The position numbers and the translations under genes are program-made. From Sulfurimonadaceae bacterium (GTDB lineage: Bacteria; Campylobacterota; Campylobacteria; Campylobacterales; Sulfurimonadaceae): a stretch of DNA of 32,839 bases. Location: NCBI GenBank assembly GCA_041562655.1, contig JBFEXN010000001.1, positions 1 to 32,839 of the forward strand, read 5' to 3'. This document shows positions 18,113 through 27,039 of the stretch, piece by piece (position 1 is the first letter of the stretch; every line of letters begins with the position of its first letter). The notes beneath the pieces were generated by a model. It searched no databases. It was not told the origin of the DNA and worked only from the letters and a program-made list of their open reading frames with translations.

Positions 18113-18937
18113 ATGGACTATAAAGATATTATCGGACTGGGTATCGCAGGTAACTTCGCCTTGCATCTACAACAGGCTGGCGAGGACGAGGACTTTGTCG
18201 ATGTGCACGTCGATGATGAGAATGCGCCCAAGGGTATATTCCCATTTTATCTTCCTAACGCAGATAAAGGTATCTTGTCTGAATATCCTCTTTCATCTTC
18301 AACACAAGCCCTGCATGACGTCAAAGATAATGTCCAGGCTGAACCAGAGGTTGCGCTGTTGTGTGACTTGGGATATGAAGACGGCAAGGTTGTTTCTATA
18401 AACCCCGTGGCTTTTGGTGCCTATAATGACTGTTCTATCCGTAAAAAGGGTGCTTCTAAAATCTCAGAGAAGAAAAACTGGGGTACTGATACAAAGGGCA
18501 TCTGCGAAAACCTTGTTTCTCTGGACAAGTTTGAAAAAGGCGGTATGTTGGATAGTTGGCGTATCTCCTCTTTTTTACGTCGCAATGGAGATGTCTTCCG
18601 ATATGGAGAAGACGTCGAGATATCCGGATATAGTTATTTTTATACAGAACTTCTTGAGTGGATCAAAGGAAAAATGAACACACAAGAAGAGGGTGGCCCA
18701 TTAGAAAACATATCTGAGTACCTAAAGGCATGTGACTATCCTGCGCAGATGCTTATCAGTATAGGAGCGACACGTTATACAAGCTATGGCGAGAAGACTT
18801 TCTTGCAAGAGGGTGATGAGGTCTATGTCGTCTTATATGACAACAAGGTACATTGTAAAAATCCGATTCTTTGTAAGGTCGTGGCTGATAAGTTGGATGA
18901 AGAGGGTATCTGCTATCTTCATCAAAAAGTCATCTGA
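18113..18937 (+). CDS. Hypothetical protein, possibly of the fumarylacetoacetate-hydrolase (FAH) superfamily
   Basis: 274 aa. GIAGNFALH, PKGIFPF, QAEPEVALL, GAYNDCSIRK and KKNWG loosely follow FAH-fold motifs (G.NY..H, P..F.K, E.EL, ND.S.R, K..D). The ATG is 2 nt after the ABC-F stop. Confidence 0.45.
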   Translation: MDYKDIIGLGIAGNFALHLQQAGEDEDFVDVHVDDENAPKGIFPFYLPNADKGILSEYPLSSSTQALHDVKDNVQAEPEVALLCDLGYEDGKVVSINPVAFGAYNDCSIRKKGASKISEKKNWGTDTKGICENLVSLDKFEKGGMLDSWRISSFLRRNGDVFRYGEDVEISGYSYFYTELLEWIKGKMNTQEEGGPLENISEYLKACDYPAQMLISIGATRYTSYGEKTFLQEGDEVYVVLYDNKVHCKNPILCKVVADKLDEEGICYLHQKVI

Positions 18938-19066
18938 GTTTTCTTTAGTAAAAGATCGTCTGGGCTCTCTTCAGAAACGTAGTTGATTTTCTCATATTAG
19001 TGTGAAACGTTAAACAAAGCTTTTAGTGAACATAGTGTAGAATGAAACACTTTGTATTAAAGGAAG

Positions 19067-21280
19067 ATGATGTTTAATTTTGTACGCAAGCTCTTTAAAG
19101 CACTTAACTCTTCGGGCAAGTCCTGGCAACTGAGTGGTGCTATTATTCTGGCCATGTTTGCAGGGTTTCTGCCAAGTAATACTCTTATCCTTTTTGATCT
19201 TCTTTTTTTAGCACTGATATTGAATATCAACTTTGGTCTTTTTCTTCTTTTTTCTGTGCTCTTTAGTGGAGTAGGATATCTGTTTGATCCGCTCTTTGAG
19301 ACTTTGGGATATACAATATTGACACATGAGAGCCTAAACGGTCTTTTTACAAGCTTGTATAACTCGGCCATCTTCCGATGGAGCGCATTTAATTATACGC
19401 TTGTCACAGGCTCGTTGCTTGTCTCGGCCGTGTTGAGCCTACCGATGTATTTTATACTTAACAGGTTGATCGCTGTCTATCGTGTTCAGTTGGGCCAAAA
19501 GCTCAATGAGTGGAAGCTCACACGATGGATGAAGCTTTTCAATGAAGAGGCGACTTCGACTTCACTGTTTCGTTGGTGGGGACTTGGGGTATTTGGCGGA
19601 CTGGTGGCACTCATCATGGTTTTCATGCTCTTTGTTTTTGATCCACTTGCGAAAATCGTGTTGGAGAAGTCACTCTCATACACCTTGCAGAGTGAAGTGA
19701 ATATTGATGACTTTAGCTCAAGTCTGGATGATTTGAAAGTGCAGGTATCCGGAGTACAGATCGCTGATAAAGACCGGTTGACACACAACCTTGTACAGAT
19801 AGGCTCTGTTGGATTTGACCTTGCTTTTGTGGCATTGGTGGAAAAGAAAGTGATGATAGAAGATCTTAAAGTAGATGCACTGGCTTTTGGGGTTTTACGC
19901 CAGACGCCGGCAGAGCCTTATCGTACTGCGGCGACAGTGAGTGAGAATGGGACCGATAGTAAGGTAAAAACAGAAGCGAAAGCCGGCTCTGTTGTAACAC
20001 CCTTTGCACTTCCAGATGTGGATGATATCTTGGCAAAAGAGAGTCTAAAATCGATTGAAGAGGCGCAGGCACTACGAAAAGATATCAAAGCGGCACAAGA
20101 AAAATGGGCCAAAGCATCAGCTGAATTGAAATCCTCCAATGATGTAGATGAGATCAAAGCAGATGCTTTGGCCTTACAAAAGAGTCTGCAAGGTGCAAAT
20201 ATCCAGAAAATACTCTCTGCAAAGCAGGATATCGACAAATTAAAAGCAAAGGTCAACAAGCTAAAAACAAAATATACACACCTACAAAAAGAGTTTAACG
20301 CTGATCAAAAAAGCTTCAACAAACGTATCAGTGATTTGAAAAACTTACCGGCACAGGACATAAGACGTTTAAAAGAGAAATATTCTTTAAGTGCCTCTGG
20401 CGGGGCGAACCTTGTCAGTACTATGCTTAATGATGAAGTAGGTGGCTATATGAAAAAAGCACTCTATTATTACGAGATGCTCAAGCCATACCTTCGTGAC
20501 GCGGATTCGAGTGAGGCAAAAGAAGTAGCTCCTCCTAGGGGGCAGGGACGCTGGATCAAGTATGCAAACCTATCCCATATCCCTGAGCTTGTGATAAAGA
20601 ACGCAGATATCAATGTCGTGTTTGAAGATGATCTTTTGAAGGTCAATATGAAAGACTTTTCAAGCAACCAAAGGCTTTATACAAAACCTATGGTGATCAA
20701 AGCAGATGCCAAGGGTACAGCATATAAACAGATCATAGTAAACCTTGTGGATGACAGACGAGATGACAAGGCTAAAATAAGCTTTGATACCAAGGCGACC
20801 GGAGTCAAGACACAAGAGATGAACGTGCAGACCCTGGTGATGAAGGAGATGCTTACAAATGCGACTTTTAAGGGTGAAATCATTGATAAGAACATACAGG
20901 CTCAGAGTCATGTTCAGGTAAAAAAGGCAAGTCTACAGATGCCTTCACAAAAGTTGCTCAATGATCTTTTGGAAGGAATCACACAGTTCAATATCGGTAT
21001 TAAGATGAATGGAGCCTTGGAAGAACCGGCTATCGAAGTCAAGACAGACTTGGATCAACAGCTCTCTAAAGGCCTTAAGACAATGGCATCTAAGGCAGGT
21101 AAGGCATTTGAGAACGAACTGACCTCTGGAGTGATGAAAAAAGTGGGAAGTGCAGGCGAAGGTATGAGTGCTGATTTTGGAGACATAAACTCCCTCATAA
21201 GCTCAAAACAAGGTGCCTTGGATGGTATAGACCTTGATTTTAAGTCCTCAAACTCCAATCCTTTGAAAGGACTGTTCTAA
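19067..21280 (+). CDS. Large membrane protein, apparent fusion of a TIGR03546-like N-domain to a TIGR03545-like (AsmA/DUF748-like) body
   Basis: 737 aa. The N-terminal ~165 aa are polytopic ([18 protein letters not shown]...[14 protein letters not shown]). A further TM ([19 protein letters not shown]) follows, then beta-rich repeats flanking a long Lys/Ala-rich coiled coil. The family names come from memory of the motifs, not from a search. Confidence 0.5.
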   Translation: MMFNFVRKLFKALNSSGKSWQLSGAIILAMFAGFLPSNTLILFDLLFLALILNINFGLFLLFSVLFSGVGYLFDPLFETLGYTILTHESLNGLFTSLYNSAIFRWSAFNYTLVTGSLLVSAVLSLPMYFILNRLIAVYRVQLGQKLNEWKLTRWMKLFNEEATSTSLFRWWGLGVFGGLVALIMVFMLFVFDPLAKIVLEKSLSYTLQSEVNIDDFSSSLDDLKVQVSGVQIADKDRLTHNLVQIGSVGFDLAFVALVEKKVMIEDLKVDALAFGVLRQTPAEPYRTAATVSENGTDSKVKTEAKAGSVVTPFALPDVDDILAKESLKSIEEAQALRKDIKAAQEKWAKASAELKSSNDVDEIKADALALQKSLQGANIQKILSAKQDIDKLKAKVNKLKTKYTHLQKEFNADQKSFNKRISDLKNLPAQDIRRLKEKYSLSASGGANLVSTMLNDEVGGYMKKALYYYEMLKPYLRDADSSEAKEVAPPRGQGRWIKYANLSHIPELVIKNADINVVFEDDLLKVNMKDFSSNQRLYTKPMVIKADAKGTAYKQIIVNLVDDRRDDKAKISFDTKATGVKTQEMNVQTLVMKEMLTNATFKGEIIDKNIQAQSHVQVKKASLQMPSQKLLNDLLEGITQFNIGIKMNGALEEPAIEVKTDLDQQLSKGLKTMASKAGKAFENELTSGVMKKVGSAGEGMSADFGDINSLISSKQGALDGIDLDFKSSNSNPLKGLF

Positions 21281-21282
21281 TC

Positions 21283-21498
21283 TTGAAAGTAGGAAAATAT
21301 CAGCATTACAAGGGCCCATTATACGAAGTCATCGGTGTCGCACGGCACAGTGAGACAGAAGAGGAGATGGTCGTGTACAGGACACTCTACGGTGACTTCT
21401 CTTTATGGGTGCGCCCCTTGAGTATGTTTACAGAAGAGGTATTGTTCGAGGGGAAAAAAGTCAAACGCTTTAGATATGTTGGAGAGATAGATGGCTAG
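21283..21498 (+). CDS. DUF1653-family protein (TTG start)
   Basis: 71 aa. [42 protein letters not shown] is the DUF1653 pattern. The start codon is TTG at 21283, 2 nt after the preceding stop. Confidence 0.7.
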   Translation: MKVGKYQHYKGPLYEVIGVARHSETEEEMVVYRTLYGDFSLWVRPLSMFTEEVLFEGKKVKRFRYVGEIDG

Positions 21499-21826
21499 GG
21501 GAAAAAAGCTTGATTTGAATATCGGTGCAAGTTTTGAAGATGAATGGAACATGGTCGAAGGTAAGAAAGTACTTACAAAGAAGGAATTGCTTGAACCGGG
21601 TAAGCATCAACTTGTCTTCAAGTTTGAAAAACGCAGAGGCAAGCCGGTGACGCTTATCGGTCCGATATGCCTGAAAAAAGATGATATCAATCTTTTGTTG
21701 AAAAAGATGAAGAAGTCCCTGGGAAGTGGGGGAAGTTTTAAAGATGAGTTCATGGAGTTTCAAGGCGACTGTAAGGAACGTTTACGTGAGCTTTTTGAAA
21801 AAGAGGGTTTTCGTTTTAAGAGATGA
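21491..21826 (+). CDS. yciH: SUI1/eIF1-family translation initiation factor homologue (YciH-like)
   Basis: 111 aa. [12 protein letters not shown]...[33 protein letters not shown] is the SUI1 fold signature. The gene overlaps the DUF1653 gene by 8 nt. Confidence 0.8.
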   Translation: MARGKKLDLNIGASFEDEWNMVEGKKVLTKKELLEPGKHQLVFKFEKRRGKPVTLIGPICLKKDDINLLLKKMKKSLGSGGSFKDEFMEFQGDCKERLRELFEKEGFRFKR

Positions 21827-23077
21827 TCAGGCAGAGTGACTAAGCTCTTCACAGTCTTGTAAACAGGTCTGGATGACCTTGTTTCGACCCTCTTCTTTAG
21901 CGGCATAAAGATTATCGTCTGCGCGGCTGATAATACTTTCGGGATCGATCTCTTTATCGGGCCGAAGCACGACGACACCGATGGATATGGATAGATATTC
22001 TGAAGCCTTACTTCTTTTGTGTTCGATCTGCAGTCTATGGATACTTTGTCGAAGTTTCTCAGCCATATGGTAAGCCTTGTCTTCGGTGATATTGGAAATA
22101 AGTATCCCAAACTCTTCTCCACCCAGACGAAAAAGATAGTCGCCAGGCCGTTGAAGGGTACTTTTCATCAGCTTTGCCACTGTCTTGAGCGTTGAGTCGC
22201 CTTTTAGGTGGCCGTAAAAATCATTGTATCCTTTAAAATAATCAATATCAAGCATCATAAACGCCATACTCTGGTTTTCACGAATACATCGAGTGAGTTC
22301 ACGGTTGTAGACGAGATTGAAGTATCGTCGGTTGTAGAGCTCTGTCAAAGGGTCTGTGATGGAGGCTGTCTCCAGTTTTTTGTTGGCTATCTGAAGCTTT
22401 TTTGATGTCAATATCAACGATGACTCATTGTTTTGAATACTTTGAAAAATAGGTGCGATGATAATGATGGCTGCGGCGATGATGACGATCAACAGTGCGA
22501 TCAGCTGATAGATTGTATCATCATAGGTATGTAGAAAGTTTTTGCGTTCGTACTGCGCGATCTCCTTTTCATAGGAGATGATCTTGTTGATGACTTCGTC
22601 CATATGTGCGATGTTCTTTGCAAGGATACCGGACGAGAGTTTAGAGAGGTTTTGTGGATCAAGTTCCGAGATAGCAATGCTTAAGCGCTTGAGATACCTG
22701 TTTGAATGAGCTAGCTCTTGATTGGCATATTTGACATACTCCAGTTCATACTCTCGTTTAAAGTGTGATTTGTAGGAGGCCCAGGTCATTAGGATCTCTT
22801 TTCGGCTTAGATCGATCTTTTCTGCTGCTTCTATGGGGAGGATTTCCTCGTTTTGAAGCTGGTGGAAGAGAAGGCTTATGTCTTTATTATAAATATTTTG
22901 TATACGGCTGAGTTCGGTTATCGGAATGTAGCTTCCAAAATATAAAGAGTCAAGGTTTCTCTTCATCTTATACATGTTCAGATAACCGATGACACCGATG
23001 ACACTGAGTCCAAAAATGACAAGGCCCAAAAGGATATAGAGTTTCAGTTTTAAGGATAATTCATCAATACGCTTCAA
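21827..23077 (-). CDS. Membrane-bound diguanylate cyclase (TM, periplasmic helical sensor, TM, GGDEF)
   Basis: 416 aa with two TM segments (aa ~14-36 and ~190-212) flanking a helical periplasmic domain. The GGDEF domain has active-site GGEEF and an I-site RPGD five residues upstream (RPGDYLFRLGGEEF). Confidence 0.9.
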   Translation of the reverse strand: MKRIDELSLKLKLYILLGLVIFGLSVIGVIGYLNMYKMKRNLDSLYFGSYIPITELSRIQNIYNKDISLLFHQLQNEEILPIEAAEKIDLSRKEILMTWASYKSHFKREYELEYVKYANQELAHSNRYLKRLSIAISELDPQNLSKLSSGILAKNIAHMDEVINKIISYEKEIAQYERKNFLHTYDDTIYQLIALLIVIIAAAIIIIAPIFQSIQNNESSLILTSKKLQIANKKLETASITDPLTELYNRRYFNLVYNRELTRCIRENQSMAFMMLDIDYFKGYNDFYGHLKGDSTLKTVAKLMKSTLQRPGDYLFRLGGEEFGILISNITEDKAYHMAEKLRQSIHRLQIEHKRSKASEYLSISIGVVVLRPDKEIDPESIISRADDNLYAAKEEGRNKVIQTCLQDCEELSHSA

Positions 23078-23094
23078 CTTTCCATCCTTTTTAG

Positions 23095-23100
23095 TATAAT
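23095..23100 (+). promoter_or_regulatory. Candidate -10 box for the small gene at 23134
   Basis: A perfect TATAAT (within TTAGTATAAT) lies 33 nt upstream of the ATG, followed by an AAAGGA SD. Confidence 0.3.
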
Positions 23101-23133
23101 TCTAAGCAAAATTAGTTCCTAAAGGATATATAC

Positions 23134-23388
23134 ATGGAAAACATTGAATTAGACAGTCAGGAGCTTTTTCTCGGATTGGCAATGGTATTGCATTCAACCG
23201 CCGGTAACATCGAAGAGGGTAAGCTCTCTTATGAAGATGCCAAAGAGGTCTATCTCAAGGTCCTGCCTGAGATCGCAAGGATGATCTTGCAAGAGCATAG
23301 CGATGAGGAGATGATCGCTGCGGCTAAAAAGATGGGGGGTCTTTTAAATGAGATCGCAAAAGACAAGGGTGTGGAAATAAGCGAGTAA
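23134..23388 (+). CDS. Small hypothetical acidic protein (84 aa)
   Basis: ORF with an AAAGGA SD and a candidate -10 box. No family recognised. Confidence 0.4.
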   Translation: MENIELDSQELFLGLAMVLHSTAGNIEEGKLSYEDAKEVYLKVLPEIARMILQEHSDEEMIAAAKKMGGLLNEIAKDKGVEISE

Positions 23389-23395
23389 AGCAGGG

Positions 23396-25840
23396 TCATT
23401 CTGCGGACAAAATTTCTTCAATCTTCTGTGCGTCACTACTGTGATATAAGGCAGCTCCCTGGGCATATTCACAGCCCAGTGTCTTGAAGTAGGCCAACGC
23501 TTTTTTATCCGCAGTGTCAGGAACGACAACACGGCCTTCAAGGGAATGTGAAAGGCGAATAAGGGAGTCGGTAAGCTTTGATCCGTGCTCTTTATCATCC
23601 TGCAGATGTACAAGTTTATCATCGATCTTAAAAGCAAAAATAGGTACTTTACACAGATCAGACATTGATGAGGTGCCCAGACCAAAGTCTTCTATTATGA
23701 TAGAAACACCCACTGCATCCAACTCTTTTAGTCGTGGATGCAGCATCTCATTCATCAGATCGTTTTGTTTGATCTGTATCTGAAGGGATAGCGGGTCAAG
23801 ACCATGCTCAGTGAGTGTTGCTTTGATCTGAGCCAGAGCCTCCAAAGAGCTTAGGTATTCGTCACACAGACTGAGACTTAGGGTATACGCTTTAGCATAT
23901 CTTATCTGCCACTGTCTTATTTGAGCGATGGCTTTATCTAAAGCCCAGGCATTGATATGATGTAGCATGTCGTTTTTGATAGCGATGGGTAAAAAGTCCT
24001 TAGACAAGACCTTCCCATACTCTTCACTCTCCCAATAAATCCCGGCTTCAAAGCCGACGATCGTATCCGTATCAAGACAGACTCTTGGAGAATATGATAT
24101 CCTCATCTCATCTTTTTCCAGTGCATGACGCAGCTCCATCTCAAAGATCATCTGGCTGACAGAATCAACGTTAAGTTCTTTTGTAAAGAATTGGACGTTG
24201 TTCTTGCCGAGTTGCTTTGCCTGGTACATGGCATTGTCTGCATGTTTTAAAACACATTCAAGATCAAGCGAATCATCCGGATAGACACTTATTCCGATAC
24301 TGGTGGTCACGTTCACAATGGTATTCATGAGTGGTATGTCCTGTGCAACTGTTTCGATCATCTTCTGTGCCAATGTGCTTAATGATCGGATATCGTTGGC
24401 ATCATCGACGATAATGGTAAACTCATCCCCACCGATACGTGCGAGTACGTCGGATTTTCGTATTACTTTTTGCAGCCGTGATGCAATCGTTATAAGGACC
24501 TCGTCACCCGCATTGTGTCCAAAGGTGTCATTAATGGTCTTAAAGCCGTCCAGGTCCATGAACAAAACAGCAACCTTCTCCTCAAGGTCTTGTGATTTCT
24601 CAAGACTCTGTTGAAGTCTGTGCATGAAATCGTGGCGGTTTGAAAGTCCTGTCAGGGTGTCAAAGTGTGCCAGTTGATAGAGTTTGTCCTCATTTTTTTT
24701 ACGCTCAGTGATGTCATAAAATATGGAGATATAGTGTTTACACTCTTCTTTGGAACGCTGATGGCAATAGTGTGCCTCTATCACACTTAAGTTGACAGGG
24801 AATGTGTGACCGTCTTTATGCTGTTTTAAGACCTCACCTTCCCAGGAACCACTGTGCTCAAGACTTTGCATCACGACATCGCACTGGTTCTCCTTGCGAC
24901 TCTGCTCACACCATAAAAGATTGAACTCTTTTCCTTTGACCTCTTTTCTTGTGTATCCGGTCATATCAGTGAACGCTTTGTTGACGGTGAGGATCTTTAG
25001 GTTCTCATCGCTTATGACGACGGCCTCAAGTGTATGCTCAAAAACGACACTGTTCATCGCCAGATGCTCTTCTGCGCGCTGTTGCTTAGAAATGTCTTGT
25101 ATTGTCGAATCGATCCAAACAGGGAGATTGTCTTCATAATGCAAGGTCGAATTCACGGCGATCGTAAGTGGTCTGTTGTTTATATTGCGCATCTGCAATA
25201 TAACATTCTTGAGTTTACCGTTTCGCAAGAGTTTGGCACGATGCATTTTTCTGTCTCGTATGTCTTTGTAGAGCTCATTGATCGATGTGTGTAAGAACAT
25301 ATCCAGGTCTTCAAAACCAAAAAGTTCGGCACAGGCCTGGTTCGCCTGGATGATATGACCCTCATCGATGCTCGTGCGTATCAGACCGACACTAATATTT
25401 TGAAAGAGGCTTTTATACGACTCTTTTTGTCTTTCAGCTTCTGCGTTGGCATTTTTTAAGGAAGTGATATCATTAAAGACAATGATGAAGATACCTTTTT
25501 CCTGGCTCTTGATACGGACTTGGAAGGAACGTTTTAGCGCCTCTGAATAATACTCGGCGGTGATGTCTTTTTGATTCAGGGCAACATCAGCGCAGAGTGT
25601 GATCCACTCTGTCTCAGTATCGGGCATGATATCGAGTACGGTCTTTCCTATGATATCTTTTTGACTCAGACCTACAAGTCTCTCAAAGGAAGAGTTGACC
25701 TCAAGAAAACGGTAGTCCACAGGCTCATGCTTATAGTCCAAAACAATCTCGCTGACAGCATAGCCATTTAGCATGTTCTCGATCAGGGAGTAATACTCTG
25801 AGTTGGTGCTGATTATCTGTGCAAAACTTTTATTGTTCAT
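23396..25840 (-). CDS. Cytoplasmic multi-PAS GGDEF-EAL protein with an intact GGDEF and a degenerate EAL
   Basis: 814 aa with three PAS-like modules. The GGDEF domain has RKSD I-site + VLARIGGDEF. The C-terminal EAL-fold domain has lost most catalytic motifs (EAG, IQIKQ, EDFGLG, VPDTAD). Confidence 0.9.
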   Translation of the reverse strand: MNNKSFAQIISTNSEYYSLIENMLNGYAVSEIVLDYKHEPVDYRFLEVNSSFERLVGLSQKDIIGKTVLDIMPDTETEWITLCADVALNQKDITAEYYSEALKRSFQVRIKSQEKGIFIIVFNDITSLKNANAEAERQKESYKSLFQNISVGLIRTSIDEGHIIQANQACAELFGFEDLDMFLHTSINELYKDIRDRKMHRAKLLRNGKLKNVILQMRNINNRPLTIAVNSTLHYEDNLPVWIDSTIQDISKQQRAEEHLAMNSVVFEHTLEAVVISDENLKILTVNKAFTDMTGYTRKEVKGKEFNLLWCEQSRKENQCDVVMQSLEHSGSWEGEVLKQHKDGHTFPVNLSVIEAHYCHQRSKEECKHYISIFYDITERKKNEDKLYQLAHFDTLTGLSNRHDFMHRLQQSLEKSQDLEEKVAVLFMDLDGFKTINDTFGHNAGDEVLITIASRLQKVIRKSDVLARIGGDEFTIIVDDANDIRSLSTLAQKMIETVAQDIPLMNTIVNVTTSIGISVYPDDSLDLECVLKHADNAMYQAKQLGKNNVQFFTKELNVDSVSQMIFEMELRHALEKDEMRISYSPRVCLDTDTIVGFEAGIYWESEEYGKVLSKDFLPIAIKNDMLHHINAWALDKAIAQIRQWQIRYAKAYTLSLSLCDEYLSSLEALAQIKATLTEHGLDPLSLQIQIKQNDLMNEMLHPRLKELDAVGVSIIIEDFGLGTSSMSDLCKVPIFAFKIDDKLVHLQDDKEHGSKLTDSLIRLSHSLEGRVVVPDTADKKALAYFKTLGCEYAQGAALYHSSDAQKIEEILSAE

Positions 25841-25947
25841 AAGCGCCTTTTATTAGATAATATTATATCTACAGTAGCTTGAAGCAGTTCTTACCTGTTA
25901 GATTTAATTTTATAATAATTTTGTGATAGGTGAATGTACGAAGGTGT

Positions 25948-26076
25948 CTAGTTTAAGACAAGGTCCAAAAGAAGATATAAGGCATACAGAAGAAGTGAGA
26001 TAATCGAAAAGACAATGAGAAGTCTTGTGAGAATAGCGAAGATGACGCGCACGATGGTAGAGGGTTTAGGCCTCAC
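25948..26076 (-). CDS. Possible 42-aa single-TM protein (not in the ORF track)
   Basis: Manual translation from GTG (26076-26074), directly after the rhodanese TAG stop, gives VRPKPSTIVRVIFAILTRLLIVFSIISLLLYALYLLLDLVLN, ending at stop 25950-25948. It has a positive N-terminus followed by one long hydrophobic helix. Confidence 0.3.
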   Translation of the reverse strand: MRPKPSTIVRVIFAILTRLLIVFSIISLLLYALYLLLDLVLN

Positions 26077-26475
26077 CTATTTGGCTTTATAGGGTCGAAT
26101 GTCCAAGCCTTCTTTCTTGGCATGTTCTATTCCCCCCAGAAGGTTTATGACCTTCATATGCTGCTCCTTGTCCAAGTAGTCAGCTAACATAGCCGTACGC
26201 GTACCTACATGGCAGATGATGGCAAATTGTTCCCCTTCACGTATGTGCGACCGAAGGGCTTTCATGAAGGCCGGGATATTATAGTTTCCATGGACATCGA
26301 AAAAGGTCAAGGGGATAGCACCTTTTAACAGACCTGTCTCTTTCCATTCAGGCAGAGTACGGATATCGATGATTTTTATATTTGAGTCTAAGAGTTCTTT
26401 GGAGGGATATTGGTTGATGAGTTCGGCAAAAGCGGCATTGACAAGAAAAAGAAAGATTAAGAGGATTTTATTCAT
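26077..26475 (-). CDS. Exported single-domain rhodanese (sulfurtransferase)
   Basis: Signal peptide MNKILLIFLFLVNAAFA and rhodanese active-site loop CHVGTRT (FAIICHVGTRTA). I prefer the ATG at 26475, which follows a GGAG SD, over the ORF-track start at 26496. Confidence 0.8.
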   Translation of the reverse strand: MNKILLIFLFLVNAAFAELINQYPSKELLDSNIKIIDIRTLPEWKETGLLKGAIPLTFFDVHGNYNIPAFMKALRSHIREGEQFAIICHVGTRTAMLADYLDKEQHMKVINLLGGIEHAKKEGLDIRPYKAK

Positions 26476-26543
26476 TTTAACTCCATAAGATAGCAAGTCT
26501 GAGACTATTTACGTTAGAATTATACAAAAAAGTAGTTAAAACC

Positions 26544-26912
26544 ATGGCATCTGACAAAAAGATAGAGAATGCTCAGCGTTTACGTTATATCCGCTTACTT
26601 GAGCGTTTTTTCAATAGTATTATTTCATACTTGTCAAAGAGTGAAGAACCGACTAAAAAGCAATATATCAAACGCGTCGAAAACAATTCAAAATATCTTG
26701 ATCGCGTTGAGCCTGTTGCCCTATATAAAAGTGAGTTGACTGACCTCGAAGCCCTGGTCAAAAAGATGAAGAGCCTGGCGACAAGTGACAAGAGCATAGA
26801 CGAGATCTCAAAAGAGGTCTTGCATGGGGCTAACAAGCTCGATCAGAGCAATAAGAACAGACGATATAAAAAAGACAAACATAAAGATGACAAGTTTAAG
26901 GATTGGCAGTAA
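26544..26912 (+). CDS. Hypothetical helical protein with a Lys-rich C-terminal tail (122 aa)
   Basis: ORF only. C-terminus NKNRRYKKDKHKDDKFKDWQ. No family recognised and no strong SD. Confidence 0.4.
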   Translation: MASDKKIENAQRLRYIRLLERFFNSIISYLSKSEEPTKKQYIKRVENNSKYLDRVEPVALYKSELTDLEALVKKMKSLATSDKSIDEISKEVLHGANKLDQSNKNRRYKKDKHKDDKFKDWQ

Positions 26913-27039
26913 GCAGAGGCTTGTAAGGAAGCCAGAGCCCTTCTTTGTTCTGAGCATCCTGGCAGCTATGGGCCCATCGTAAGAAAGTCAAGACAATCAT
27001 CTATAGGAGTTCGATATAAAAACACTCTGCCTTTATCTC

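Noticed and set aside
26902-26982. A frame upstream of the esterase gene reads ...KQRLVRKPEPFFVLSILAAMGPS*, which looked like a displaced signal peptide or a pseudogene remnant.
   Set aside because: It has no start codon. Two in-frame stops (TAA at 26980-26982, TAG 27004) separate it from the esterase ORF. The SD-plus-ATA start at 27016 explains the missing signal peptide better.
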